From NCBI GenBank assembly GCA_030704615.1, contig CM060734.1:3038001-3102000 (forward strand): DNA of 64,000 bases, read 5' to 3'. Position numbers and translations under genes: made by a program. The stretch comes from Takakia lepidozioides (taxonomy: Eukaryota; Plantae; Bryophyta). The notes below the pieces were generated by a model. The model made no database searches. It was not told where the DNA came from and saw only the letters and a list, made by a program, of their open reading frames with translations. Of this stretch, positions 48,880-62,049 are shown piece after piece (position 1 is the stretch's first letter; the number at the start of each line of letters is the position of its first letter).

Positions 48880-50790
48880 CGTAATAGTCCTCCAAATAAC
48901 CCTCCAAAAGCTCCAAATGTTTGCCAAATATTGGTCTTTAAGGACCCCCAATAGTCCTCCAAACAGTCCTCCAAACACCCCTTCAAGAGCTCTTCAAGTG
49001 TCTTATAAAAGCTCCTCAAAGGACCCCCCAAAGATCCTCCAAAGGCAATACTCTTCCAGATACACCCTAGATGTCATACACTTGTAATGAAAACGTATGG
49101 TAGGCAAAGTCTCTCCATTGGTACCCATACATTTTTCAGTAAAATGTATGGTGGGGCAGAGGGAGCCCATACACTGTTCAGAAAAACGTATGATAGGCAG
49201 AGGGGGCCCATACACTGTTCACAAAAGTGTATGTTGGGCAGAGGGAGCCCATACACAGTTTCTTGAAGGGTATGGAGACTAGGGTTTGTAGAGTATAGTA
49301 AGAAACACCTTCTCCATGGTATCTTCCCTCCTAACATGCATGCAAGATTGCATTGTCTTACCTTGTAATGCATTCATCACAAATTGACAAGTTCCTCTTG
49401 ATCTCCTTGGAACTCATAGCCAGCTAATGTGCCCAATGACAAGTGCCAAGCCTTGCTTCAATTTGAATTTTGTATACCATCTTCTATGTGCTTTCCCTTG
49501 CATGGGCTAGTCACACACACTTCCACCTCTTGACCTAGGTGTTGTCTTCATTCACCATAATGTGTATCCATACCTCTATTCAAGAGCTCATATTCTCAAA
49601 CTTGAAGTCACAAGCCCTAAAGAGCATGCTCCACACAAGCATCATTTGCTTGATCAACCATCCACCACAAAACTTAAGCAAAAAGGGAATGAATACATGA
49701 GCTTCACCTTCCCCTTCTTTGTCTTGTCACATGCTAATGTATGGTTGAAATTGTTATGCATGCCTTGAGCCACAATCTCCTTTCTTCAAGAAGACCACCT
49801 CCAATGATCTCCCACATGTGCTCCAAGCTCTTCAATACTCTAGGCCTGGTTTCACATCATCATGGATAGAATTCTCACCCACATGCTTCCCTTTGGAGTC
49901 ATCTTGATCTTCTTGATGCTCTCCAAGTGGTTGCTTTTGTTGTCTTCAAGCCCTAGCCTATGTAGCTCCTTGGTTTTTCTTCCACAACATGCACAACCTC
50001 ATACACAAGGAATGAACTTGCTCATTTCACCTTCTAGCTCTCCTCAAGCTTGAATTGGAAGCCACACTTGGAAAGCATCTACACATGTGCCACTTGCTTG
50101 GTCAACCACTTGCTTCACTAAGAGCAATCCAAGAACTCATAGAACTAGCAAAAGCACTCCCTTATAGCGCCGCCTTAGTTTGCTTGTTTGTCAACCAAAT
50201 GAAACCCCACTTGGCTTTCATTTCACCATGGATAGAACAACCACTTCTTAGTTCATTCTCTTGAGCTACTCAATGCTCCTCAAGTTACCCTTGTTATACT
50301 CCTTCTATGTTGTTTCCAACCCAAGCATGTGCCGCTCTTTGGCTTCTCTTTCACATGACCATGAACAACTAGAGCTTGCTCTTGAAACCCTAGTGTCTAT
50401 CTTCTCCATACACAAGCCGCTTCTCTTGTGATGCAAGAACCCTTTTCCAATCTCTCAAACCCTTAGTGCACATACAAGCACTTACCTTGCAAAACCATGC
50501 AAGCTTTGTGATATAATAGCTCTCTCCTTAAGCTCTTCACCTCTGCAAAGTCTTGTAACTCAAGAGCTCTCTCTTTGAGCTCTCCACCTCTTTGATGCAA
50601 TGCAAAAACACTCTCCCTTGCAACACCTTGCAAACCTTGTGAGATACTTGAGCTTTTCCTAGCTCTCTCACTCTTTAGTGTACACCAACACAAGTGCTAA
50701 ACTAATCCTTATATTCCGCACTCACAAGCATAAGGTCATCTTCTTATAGTGATAAAAGAAAGAACACAAAATGGAAACACTCCATCTCAT
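48880..50790 (-). mobile_element. Relic 5' end (LTR end, PBS, leader, tandem repeats) of a relative of the 7578-19435 element
   Basis: Minus strand ttcttttatca-ctataagaagatgacc...tgagtgc...ttagtttagcacttgtg aligns with 7894-7965; ~42-bp and cctccaaa repeats at 48880-49270. Confidence 0.7.
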
Positions 50791-52744
50791 GAATCCAGTC
50801 CCTGACAAAAAACGAGACATGGGTCTTGACACACTTACCTGTTGGCCGCAAGGCTATTTCCTGTAAGTGGGTATACAGGATAAAGACGACGTCTACAGGG
50901 GCCATTGCAAAATACAAGGCTCGACTCGTGGCCAAGGGTTACAGCCAAGAATATGGCGTGGACTATGATCAGACCTTTTCCCCAGTCGTTAAGTATGAGT
51001 CCATCAGAACTGTGCTTTCCATTGCTACCCAGTAGGATATGGACATAGTCCAATTCGATATCAAGACTACGTTTTTGTACGGGCACCTGGAGGAGGAAAT
51101 TTACATGCTACAACCTGAAGGCTTCACAACCCCTGGGGAAGAAGCTGGGAAGGTTTGCCATTTACACAAGAGCCTCTACGGGCTCAAGCAATCTTCCAAA
51201 GTTTGGAATCAAAAGTTCCACGATTTCCTGACACAATACAATCTGCACCCTACCGACGCCGATCCTTGTGTCTACTCCAGCCGGCAGCTGCCCCTTCTCA
51301 TCACGACCATCTTTGTCGACGATGGGCTCAGGTGTTGCATTCACACAGAAAAAGTTACAGGTATAATCTTGCACATGGAGAAAGAATTTGAAGTCTCTAC
51401 ATCTACTGCTGATGTGTATGTTGGTCTCCACATCATACGAGATCGTGCGCACAAGCTGCTTTGGATTGACCAATCCATGTATATCAAGAGAATTCTCCAT
51501 CGCTTCGGCTTTGATCACTGCACACCCGTTGCTACTCCAGCGGACCCCAACGTCCGACTTGATGTAGATACCCTAGACTCTCTGAACGACTCCGACCTAT
51601 CATTCCCCTACTCAGAAGCGGTGGGAAGTCTGCAGTTTGCTCAAATGGGCACTAGACCTGACATCTCCTACGCCGTGAACACAATTGCAAAATTCTCTTC
51701 TCGGCCTCAGAGGTCCCATTGTTTTGCAGTCAAGAGAATCTTCAAGTATCTCTCTAGCACTATTCATCTTGCTTTGTGTTACGATGGCAACAGCGGAACG
51801 AACCTCATTGAGGCCTATGCCGATGCCGACTACGCTGGGGATATTACTGACAGAAAGTCTAGGACGGGCTGCACAATTCTTCTCAATCAAGCACCTGTCA
51901 TATGGTGTAGCCGGAAACAGACATGTGTTGCCAGCTCTACAACGGAGGCGGAGTACATCGCTGCAAGCACTGTCACTAAGGAAGTGGTTTGGCTCCGCCG
52001 GCTCCTTACTGACCTGGGGTTTCCTCAAGCTCAGCCTACGAAGCTGTACTCCGATAATCAAAGCTCTATTCGACTTGTCCACAATCCTGAGTTTCATCGT
52101 CGAACTAAGCATATCAACGTCCAGTACCACTTTATTCGTGAGCACCAGATTCTCGGCACCATTAACGTCCTCTACATTTCGACAATACAACAGCTAGCTG
52201 ACCTGTTCACGAAAGCACTACCGGCTGATCGGTTCGAAAAACTTCGCATACTTCTTGGCATAATTCTCTTACCTGCAACGGAAGCAGTGGGAGGGTCAGA
52301 TATCTAGTCAAATCGGCCAGATCGCATTATCTGCAAGAGAATGCTCACTGAGTGGGAGTGTAGAAATTTAGCTGCAGAGTATTTGGTACTATATTCGTAG
52401 AGTATACTCATGATCTAGAAAAGCCAGGATCCACTTCCAAGCTCCGCCGCTTACCGGACTCGCCACTTACTGGGCACACTAGTATGTGTTACTATTACTC
52501 ATAGCCAAGCACGATCGTTGAACAGTACTCATTTTTTGTTCCTGCCTTTACTCATGCTAAGGTATGGAAGCCAGGTATATAGTCTTTGATCTTGTGTTAG
52601 ACTTTTAACTCTCATTCTATGCAAGAAGTGTGAGTTCAGCTTTTATGTAGTTCCCCTGATCTGAATCAGATATTGCAAGTTCCTTGTGGCATTCCTGACT
52701 CGTGCAAGTCTATCCTTGTCGACAAGTTTCTATATTTCCCAACA
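50790..52744 (+). mobile_element. 5'-truncated Ty1/copia element: RT-RNase H (stop at 51033-51035), PPT 52349-52358, 3' LTR 52359-52744
   Basis: YKARLVAKGYSQ, SLYGLKQS, FVDD, ADADYAG, SDNQS, RTKHI; LTR TGTAG...CAACA. Confidence 0.9.
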
Positions 52745-53624
52745 TCCATGTGGAGCAATACGCGTACTTCCTTCGACGACCCATCTTCCGCATACTCGTG
52801 AACTGGCGCCTACGGGTAGTGACAGACCGAGGCGTACAAGAGGAGGACGATGATGAGGGGAGTGAATAAGTGTAAGTGCAGAGGGAAGGTATACACTTTC
52901 AGCTCTACCCTCTTCCCGCTAAACGAGAGGCAAACATTTTTTCAGTGCATATTAGCATAAAGCTATTTTGATGTTCGGTATGTGCAAATCACGTGAATGG
53001 GGAGCCTCCATCGCAACTTCAGATCGATAATTGGGTAATGGTGCAATGATATATAAACCAACGTGCAAGGTGGTTGCATCGCTCAAAGCTACAAGGGTAT
53101 GATACATCATACTGACTCCTGGTTATATTGGAGTATTGAATCGTTCTCTGGCTTCCTAACTAAATAGTGGTTGATGGTCCTCATGTGTAAGTTTTCACGT
53201 TGAATACTACTGGTTACAATGCAGTCAATTCTGCCCGATGACAAAGGGTTCTCACAAAATCTCCTTCTCTGCAGTTGTACCTGAGGTTACTTCAAGGTAG
53301 ATGAAGGTGAGTTCAACTGACCAGTCCTTAGCTTGTTCACAATGCATAGAGGCTAAATGAACCTTTTCCCAAGTATTCTCGCATGAGTGGCAAGCAGAAA
53401 GCTCAAGGCACAGCCCAGGAAAGGGGGAAAATATCTTCACCCATCACGGTAGCAAGGTTGCAGAGCCAACAGATCATGTGGATAGTTCAGAGGGTATTAT
53501 CTATATAAACTACTGTTTTGTAAGCATTGAATAAAAAGTTGTAATAACCATATACGGTAGTGGTACATTCATATCACTACTCCTCACACTCTTACCTATT
53601 GAAGGGAAATTTGCCATCAAATTG

Positions 53625-55020
53625 CCCAGTTTCTGGAGTTCTTAGATTGCAGGCCAGAGTACACCCCAGTTAAAAACCGTTTATGCCAGTGTTCATATAT
53701 ACCAGCAAAGATAGTACATACCATAAAGTGCACACATGGATAGACATAAGGAGATGCGGATCCAAACCGTTCTACATTGTACAAGTGCAGGGTCCTAAGG
53801 CGTAATGTCTTCGACTGATTTGATTAAGCGCCAAGTAAAAATGCGTGTCTTCTCTACGCTGTCATGCTGTAGTAAATAAGCTTAGCCAAGCCTATCATAG
53901 TAAAGCTCTTCCCAAAACCTGAACTATCCGAGTCTTTGCAGTGGAAGTCAAACGGAGTAGGGAATTGCCAGCGTTCTACTTCAATTTGCCTGTAGCATAC
54001 AGTCACGGAGCCTGAATTGAATGTATAGCATGCATTCTCATAGGTACATAAAGGACTGCCACATACATGCAACTATGGACTGTCACTACTGTTGTGAGTG
54101 TGATGAATTCATACCTTGCAGACCCGCCAGATTTGACCTGCAGATGTGACCCATACTAAGAGGACGGCAACAGCCATGCCTCCCACCTAAAAAATGAGAA
54201 CACTAAAGGGCTCATGCATGGACAGGGTTCAGCCCTGGGGTTCAGCCCTGGACTCACCTTCTAAGCGATCACAAAACCTTCCCAACCAGCCTTCAATTAT
54301 TTGAAGTCAAGAAGATTGTGGATGGATGCTAAGACCAGCAATCTGCAACCAAAAGGCAGCCCTGAACCTGAATTGAATGTATAGCATGCATTCTGATATG
54401 TGGCCATCATATCACATTGACATGGCAGTACTGTCTGAATTAATTGAACTCAAGAGACTGCTAACGCATGGAGGAAGAGGATAAACACTATGTGTTTATG
54501 AAAGAGTGGGATCTGGGCAAAGTCGAAGACATAAGACATGGCTACTTTCTGGAGTTCTTAGATTGCAGGCCAGAGTACTACCCGGTTATATGCCATATAT
54601 GCCGGTGTTCACACATACCAGCAAAGATATTACATAAACATAAAGTGCACACACGGAGAGAGATAAGGAGATGCAGATCCAAACCGTTCTAGATTGTACA
54701 AGTGCAAGGTCCAAAGGATTAACGTCTTCAACTGATTTGATTAAGCGCCAAGTACACAAACCTGTCTTCTGTACTCTGTCATGCTGCCGTAAATAAGCTT
54801 AGCCAGGACTATCATAGTAAAGCTCTGATCAGCTACCACACATTGCAGACTGAATTATATGAAGTCCACAAGATTGTGGTCTTCATATAGACCAGCAATC
54901 TGGAAAAGGATTCTTCTCTATCATGTTGCACTCACAGGAGGCGGCGGACAAGGCCCTCTCCCTTAATCCGCGCCCGGAACCTGCCTTGAATGTATAGCAT
55001 GCATTCTTGAATGTGGCCAT
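53625..55020 (+). repeat. Diverged direct duplication (~53630-53910 and ~54547-54826) plus three gaatgtatagcatgcattct motifs
   Basis: ttctggagttcttagattgcaggccagagtac...atcatagtaaagctct occurs twice. Confidence 0.7.
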
Positions 55021-55148
55021 CATATCACATAAAATCATTCTACTGCTCTCAGATGAAGAATTGAAGAAGAATAAAGGACCTCGGAGCTACAAACGTCAAA
55101 GAATGGAGACCCAGTGAAGTTGCAAAGGTAATTAGGGAGGGTCATTGG

Positions 55149-57040
55149 TCAAATCCGCTCTTTAAATCTCTTCCCAAAACGAGCCCAGCTCACCTCCAAA
55201 AGGTCAACACCGTTCAAGTCTGGCTGCTCTTCGTCGGATTCCTCCCCATCACTTGACATCTCATCCCCCGATGCATCCACCCCCTCATAATTATCAGTCC
55301 TCAAAGTTGCATACAAAGAAGCATGTTCCTCCGCACTCATTTCAATGGCTTCACCTCCATCCACGCCACCAACACTGGGGGTCTCCTCAATTCGAGCAGG
55401 TGGTAATAGGGCTGTCACACTTGCAATATCATCGTTCTGAATTGAGACATCACACACAACCCTGCGAGCCCGGGGGCTTTTCTCCAAGACCACCTTCCAT
55501 GTAGGTTCATTCTGACAGTCGGAGAAGAACACCTGCTCAACTTGCGATGGCAACACAAAAGGCTGCTCATGCGCTGGCAGCATGTGTGAAAAATTCACCA
55601 AAGTGAATCCAAATTCGTCCTCCTTCATGGACGTCACATGACGCCCCACATTGCGAGCTCGAACCCAAGAACAAAGGAAGACCACAATTCCAGTTCTCCC
55701 ATACTTGATTTCCAAAATCTCCTGTACTACACCAATGTAACGTAATGATTCTATTATGTGCTCACCCGCACTGTTTGTGGTATCATGCTGGAAGATTGTA
55801 GACACACCTGAGTCATACGATACTGTACTTGTATTTATCCCAGTTGTGGTTGCCCTGTAGTGGTTTCCAAAAGCAGACATACTCTTGTGTGACTTGGACA
55901 CGAATGATGGAGGCGTTGACAGGTGTAGTAGCTCGTCACAGATTCCGACCGAGTCATTGGCCCGTAGTGTTGATACATACGCGGGTGTGTTGATGCGGAG
56001 CCAATCTGCAAAATTGGGAAAGGGGCCGTGTCGCCGTGGATCTGCAACGGATTGATTTGTTTCATATTTCCTGTCACACAAAGAGACGTTAAGTCAGTTA
56101 CCAAATTCATCGCGCCTGCAACGCCAGATTGTAAGTAAAGGAATTCTTACCCCAACAGCTCCGAAAGGCTCGGGTGATTATGAATTATGTATTATGCACA
56201 ACTTCGCACAATTCGGCACTCAATTTCATGTCCCTTCCTACTCCTTCCAATACTTCACCGGAGACAGATTCTTCCTCCTATACATCCCAGACTCTACGGC
56301 GAGTTGCATCGAGGTCACCCATGTACTCTGTGCAAAATCCTAGTGCCTCGTCAAACACATAGCCTTCGGCCATGCTCCCTCCGGCTTCGCCAAATTCCTT
56401 ACATAGCCTTTGAATTCTTTCATAGCTCTCTCCATCGGGTACATCCAACGCTACAGGTCCACACAAATCCAACTCATCTACCAAGTGGATGAGCAAATGT
56501 GTCATGAGATCGAAGGGAACTCCTTCTCAAGCAAGCAAAGTGTGATCGCCACATCCTCTCTCAATTCATCGTGGGATGCAGCATCCACCACATTCGTGCA
56601 GAGTTTTCTAAACACTCGAGAAACCCGCATAATTGCTTTCCGAGGACCGTCTGCCATCAACCCACGCAAAGCAACGGGAAGAACCTGCTGCATTAGCGCA
56701 TGATAATCATGGCTTTTGAGTTGTCCCAACTTCAATGCCATGACATGCTTTTTGAATGCAGATGCGTACCATGTAGGGACTCTCATACTTGCAATTATGT
56801 GAAGAAACACCCGTGTTTCATCTTTCGTGAGCACGTAAGGAGCTGTAGGCATTATTACATATTCGGTTTGGTCGGATGTTTCTTCAACCGCAATGTACGA
56901 CATAGGCCATGCAACTCCAAATCACGTCTTACACTGTATGTATGATCCGCCCATGATAGTCTTAATAATGTTATCACACATGTTCTTCTCACAGTGCATT
57001 GTATCGAATGTGTGGCGGATGAGTAGGCCTTGCATGTGGT
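55149..57040 (-). pseudogene. CACTA/En-Spm TnpD-type transposase C-terminal part (DUF4218/DUF4216-like), frameshifted
   Basis: DTMHCEKN, LKSHDYHALMQQVLP, HLLIHLVDE...GPV, SMAEGY, PFVLPSQVEQVFF...WKVVL. Confidence 0.85.
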
Positions 57041-57299
57041 TCACAACCAAGTGGTTATGTCACAACGGAGTATTGAAATGCATGGAAAAGAATTGACATT
57101 AAGTAATTTCGTTGTCTAGGAGTTTTCAAAGATGCGTCTTGTCATATTGGAATTGACCCTTTCACAACAACTAAGCCTGTTTATCACAAAATCTAAACAA
57201 CCTCAATCTCGACCTCTATCTCAATCTCAAGCTCGACCTCGACCTTGATCTCAATCAAGGGGGCAATCAGTGATGACCTTTTCGGGTCCCATGACGATT

Positions 57300-59140
57300 G
57301 TGACCCGGCCCATAACCTGGACCTCCTCACCGTATTTCATAAGTCGACTAACACTAATTACCTTGCCCATATACACCAACAACATGCCTCCCAAACCCAG
57401 TTGGTGGACACCAGATATGTCCATAATCCCCTAGCTGCTCCTGAGGTGCATGTTTGCACCACGGAATGCAACCCTGACAAAGACATCATGCACACGTCCC
57501 CTACAATATGCTCTAGCAAACGTATGTCCAATCTATACGCTCCTCACGGTCGATACATCGGACTCATTCCAAACAATAGACTTACATGGCTATGGCACAG
57601 ATTCTCAACTTCAAACTCGTCATCTAGTCAGCTACTACCCCCTAGGCAAGACTTTGCCATTGAAGTATGCTGGCTTGTTGACCGCTACTTGGACGATACT
57701 CCCCCCAAAAAACCCCGCACCCTCCCCAAACTAACACAAGCCTACTCTCATACTACCCTCCCACCTGACATCCTAGCATTTCTTATAACCTCTTTTCAAA
57801 TCACACACTCTTATTACTCTAGCCCACTTACATGCCCGATGGAACTTTTGTCATACTCTAGCCCGCACCCCCGGGATTGCATCTTCGGAGCCTCCGGCTC
57901 TGCCACACAATATACCTGGGCTGGTCGCGGATTCGCACACCCACCCCCAGGGGCATCCACGCATGACGCTTTCCAATGGGCCCGCCTCGCGGCCCAATCC
58001 TCCCCATCTACCGCCACCATCCTTCTTCTAACACACCAACAACTGCCGACTTCCAGGCACCCCCTCCTCCACCTCCCCCCTGAGGTTACACCTCTAGCTG
58101 TTATCGACCCAGACCAGATCCAATACACCCGCACACCACCCCTTCCCAAGTACCTAAAACACCGAGAGCCCACCCTAACCCTAATATTACTTGTTCATTG
58201 CACCCCCACCACTGCCATCATACCCACCGCTTTCCCTCCTCCCTCATTCGCCTCCGAACTGACATGCATGGCATGAAGGCTACCACATTTCCCATCCCCC
58301 CACCCCAACCCGCTACTCCCAGCCCCTACCCTAGAATAAACACATGTAAAACATGGTGTAGAGCGCTCCCCCCGCCCCCCCCGTCCCACTTCTCATGCCC
58401 ATTCATAGTGCACCCCCAGTATCCCAACAAGCTCTACCCCTTAGATACCCACTAGCCTACTCCCACTACACTGACGGATCTCTTACTGGCTCCCGAGCTG
58501 GATATGGTATTTTTCACGTTGCAACCAACCAAGACGTTGCTCTACGCCTTCTCGGCCCAGCCACCATTTTGCGCGCCGAGCTCATGGCCATCCATGATGC
58601 CCTCACTCAGCTCTCCTCATTCTCCCCACCTCACTATATTTTTACCGATAGTTTCACCTCACTCTTTTTCATCCGTAATCACCTCACTCAACCCTCCTCT
58701 CACCACCACCATCCAGATCGGAACCTCATCACTGCCATTGTTCATCTTGCTATTTCCCTGAACCAACGCATCCACTTTATCAAAGTCCACTCACACACTG
58801 GTATCTCTGGCAACGAAATGGCTGACCTCTTTGCCCAGCGTGGGGTTACTTGGCCCCCGATGGACCCCACGCCGGACCCCATCCATGTTGCACATACCCA
58901 CCCATTTTGGTTCATCCATCCCGTTCTAGGCCTCTTGGAGCCCCGTCCTATCTGAAACCTCTCATCCATCCTTACTCGAGAAACTAACAAGCAAGCCTGG
59001 GCTTCTGCTAGCCACACTAAACTATACATCCAAAAATGGACGCAATCTTCTGTACTACAACATAAACTGTCTAATCATTTCTGGCATACTAATCTCACAA
59101 CTGATGTTCAAATACAACAGACTCTAAAATTCAGATAAAA
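57300..59140 (+). mobile_element. Non-LTR retrotransposon fragment with RNase HI and an upstream PCIF1-like segment
   Basis: YTDGS...RAELMAI...IFTDS...KVHSHTGISGNEMAD; YSSPLTC...YSS...DCIFGASG...GFAHPP. Confidence 0.75.
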
Positions 59141-59142
59141 AC

Positions 59143-62049
59143 TCATTTGTCGGAAATAATGTAGCCCAAAAATTCGACTTTAGATTGGTGGAAAAGACAT
59201 TTTTCCAACTTGGCATATAGTCCATTTTCCCTCAATTTTTCAAGGACAAGGCGTACATGGTGACCATGTTCTTCTTCATTCTGTGAAAATATCAAAATGT
59301 CGTCCAAATAGATGACTACAAAGTCATCTAAAAATTCTCGAAAGATGTCATTCATCATGTGTTGAAAAATTGCTGGAGCATTTGTAAGACCGAAAGGCAT
59401 AACACTGTATTTGAAATGTCCGTACCTTGTGCGAAAATCAGTCTTCCATTCGTCTCTTTCTTTTATTCGTACAAGGTTGTAAGCTCCTCTCAAGTCGATC
59501 TTTGTGAAAAAATTTGCTCGTCCAAGTTGTTCGAGGAGTCCGGAAATCAGCGGTAGTGGGTAGCGATTTTTTATAGTGACTTTGTTGAACCCACGATAGT
59601 CCACACACATGCGTAACGATCCGTCTTTCTTCTTTACAAATAAGATAGGTGCTCCGACAGGTGATTTCGAATGTCGAATGAAATTCTTTGACAAATTTTC
59701 ATCAATGTATTCGCGTAAAGCAGCCGCTCCGTCTGAGATAAATTGTAGATCAGGCCGAATGGTGGTTGAGCTCATTCTTGCAACTCAATTGCACAATCAT
59801 AAGGTCGATGTTCTGACAACATGTCTGCATTTTTCTTCTCGAAGACATCCTTGAAATCTTGATATTGAGTGGGTAATGTCGAAGTACCTTGGTCTGTTAT
59901 GGTTTTGATTGGAGTCACATAAAGTGCAAATGTCGCGTCTTTCTTCGTAGCTCTCATGAAGGATTTAGCTCCAAGAAACATGGGTTGAATACCTTTGGTA
60001 CTTTTGCATTTTTGTCTTGCCGAAATTTTTCGTGATCGCCAGTCGATGTCAGGATTATGAAGTACAAACCAGGGAAGTCCAAGGATCACAAGATTTGTTG
60101 GAGACTAGATGATATTGAAAACAATCTGTGATGCTTGATTTTTAAGCTTCACTTCAAGGGGTTGAGTTTCATGGTCAATATTTCCTGATGCTAACGGTCG
60201 TCCATCGATGATTTCAACAGGGGCCGAAAATTTCTTTCTTACGAGTGTTAAATTGTGTTGCTTCGCAAAGTTTTTGTCAATAAAACACGCTGAAGCGCCC
60301 GAGTCCAAAAGTGCTTATACGGAGATAACTCTATTTTGCATCCTGATCTTTACTGGAACTGTGAAATAAGGTACAGGGTCTGGAGGTAGAAAGAGACATT
60401 TTTTTGGTGAGGAATTTGGGGTGTCCAGCCGCATGGTCCCTATTGTGACTGGACATCTTCGTTTTCCGACCTCCTCGTATCGAACACTTGAGTTGTGCCC
60501 CGAGCTTTGAATTTTCTCTTGTTGGGGCAGTTTAATGCTATGTGATCATCTTCTCCGCAATAAAGACATAATCCATTCGAGCGTCGTCTTTGTTTTTCTT
60601 GTGGCGTCAATGGCTTGAATCGGACATCATCAATCTGCATAGGATCATTACCGGATGTCTGATGGATCGTTGTGTTTGGTGCCGTAGTAGCAGCTGCATG
60701 GTGCGTCGTCGACCATCCAGATCGCTTCTCTTGACGTCTTTCGAACAAACGATTATCGTATGCAATGACTTGGGTGATGAATTCGCTCTGTGTATTCACG
60801 TTTGGCATTGTCAGCAACAAATCTTTTACATCATCTTTTAGCCCACCGAAACTGACTAATGAAGCTCTTCTCATTCCAGTCGAGGTCGCACGCAAGTTGT
60901 CGAAATTCGGCAGCATAAACGGAAGCAGGACGTGCTCCTTGTCGAAGATTTCGCATCTTTGTCTCAACCAAAGATCAACATGCCCGAGAAATTTGATGGG
61001 ACGAGATCAAGATTTCGCGGTTTTGTTCAACAAGTACGACTGTTCCTACGACTACATCCACAACGCTACCCCGATGAACGTATTCAAGTGTGATTCGTGG
61101 GCACCCTTCTATCAGACACTGCCCTATCTTGGTTTGCACCGCTATTAGAAAAAAATTCGCATTTACTATATAATTTTGAAGCATTCATGTCCGAGTTCAC
61201 TGCAACGTTTGGAGAGAATGATAGAGAGATAGAGTTGCAAGTTGTTGCAGTAGGGACTCGTATGGTTGAAGATCTATTGTTCGACTCCTTTAACTCTGAA
61301 ATTTGTTGTTGCAAATTGTGGAGAATGTTGCTAAGATCTTGCGACTGATCAGCTTACAATTGGGCGGTAGAGGTACGAAGTTCTTGCATCTGGAGCTGAA
61401 GACTCTGCAATGTGACGACCATTTCCGCAAATGTGCCCTCCATCTTAACTAACTAAGGAACAAACTTTAGTCTCGCCAAACTGTCAATGACGAGAGCATG
61501 ACTGAATACAAACAAAAGATCAGACTAGAGGTACAAGACTAGACAAGAAGTCAAGGTCGGCGTGGCCGAATGCATGATGGATATGAATCAAGATGATCTT
61601 TATAACAATGGACAAGAGTACAAGATACTGGAACTTGACTTGGATACTGGAATGCTGGAAACTGGACTGGAGTATTAGATATTGGAAACTGGACTAGAGT
61701 ACTGGAAGCTGGATTGGAATACTGGGACTGGAAACAAGAGTAGCTTGAACTTGTGAGACTGAAGAGTGTCCAGTCTCGCCTCCTATATATACTGGCTACT
61801 AAGAAGTTCCCTAAGAAGCTCTCCTATGGAGGTTTCTTGATGGAGAAGTTTCCTCCAAATGAAGCTTCTTGAGCAGTTTCCCAAGTTACTCTTGGTAATT
61901 TGGTAAACTCCAGGTAACTTGATAAATAATGGTAAATCATGGTAGATCATGATAAATCACGGTAAGTCATGATAGCTTTTGGTAACATGATAACTTGGTA
62001 ACTTCTGGTATTTACTCCTGGTAAGTTCTTCTGAGCTATGTCCATTACA
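59143..62049 (-). mobile_element. 3'-truncated Tcn1-like chromovirus (gypsy): 5' LTR 61482-62049, gag, protease, partial RT
   Basis: PEKFDG gag motif, CLYCGEDDHIALNC knuckle, [28 protein letters not shown]; LTR ends TGT...ACA. Confidence 0.9.
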
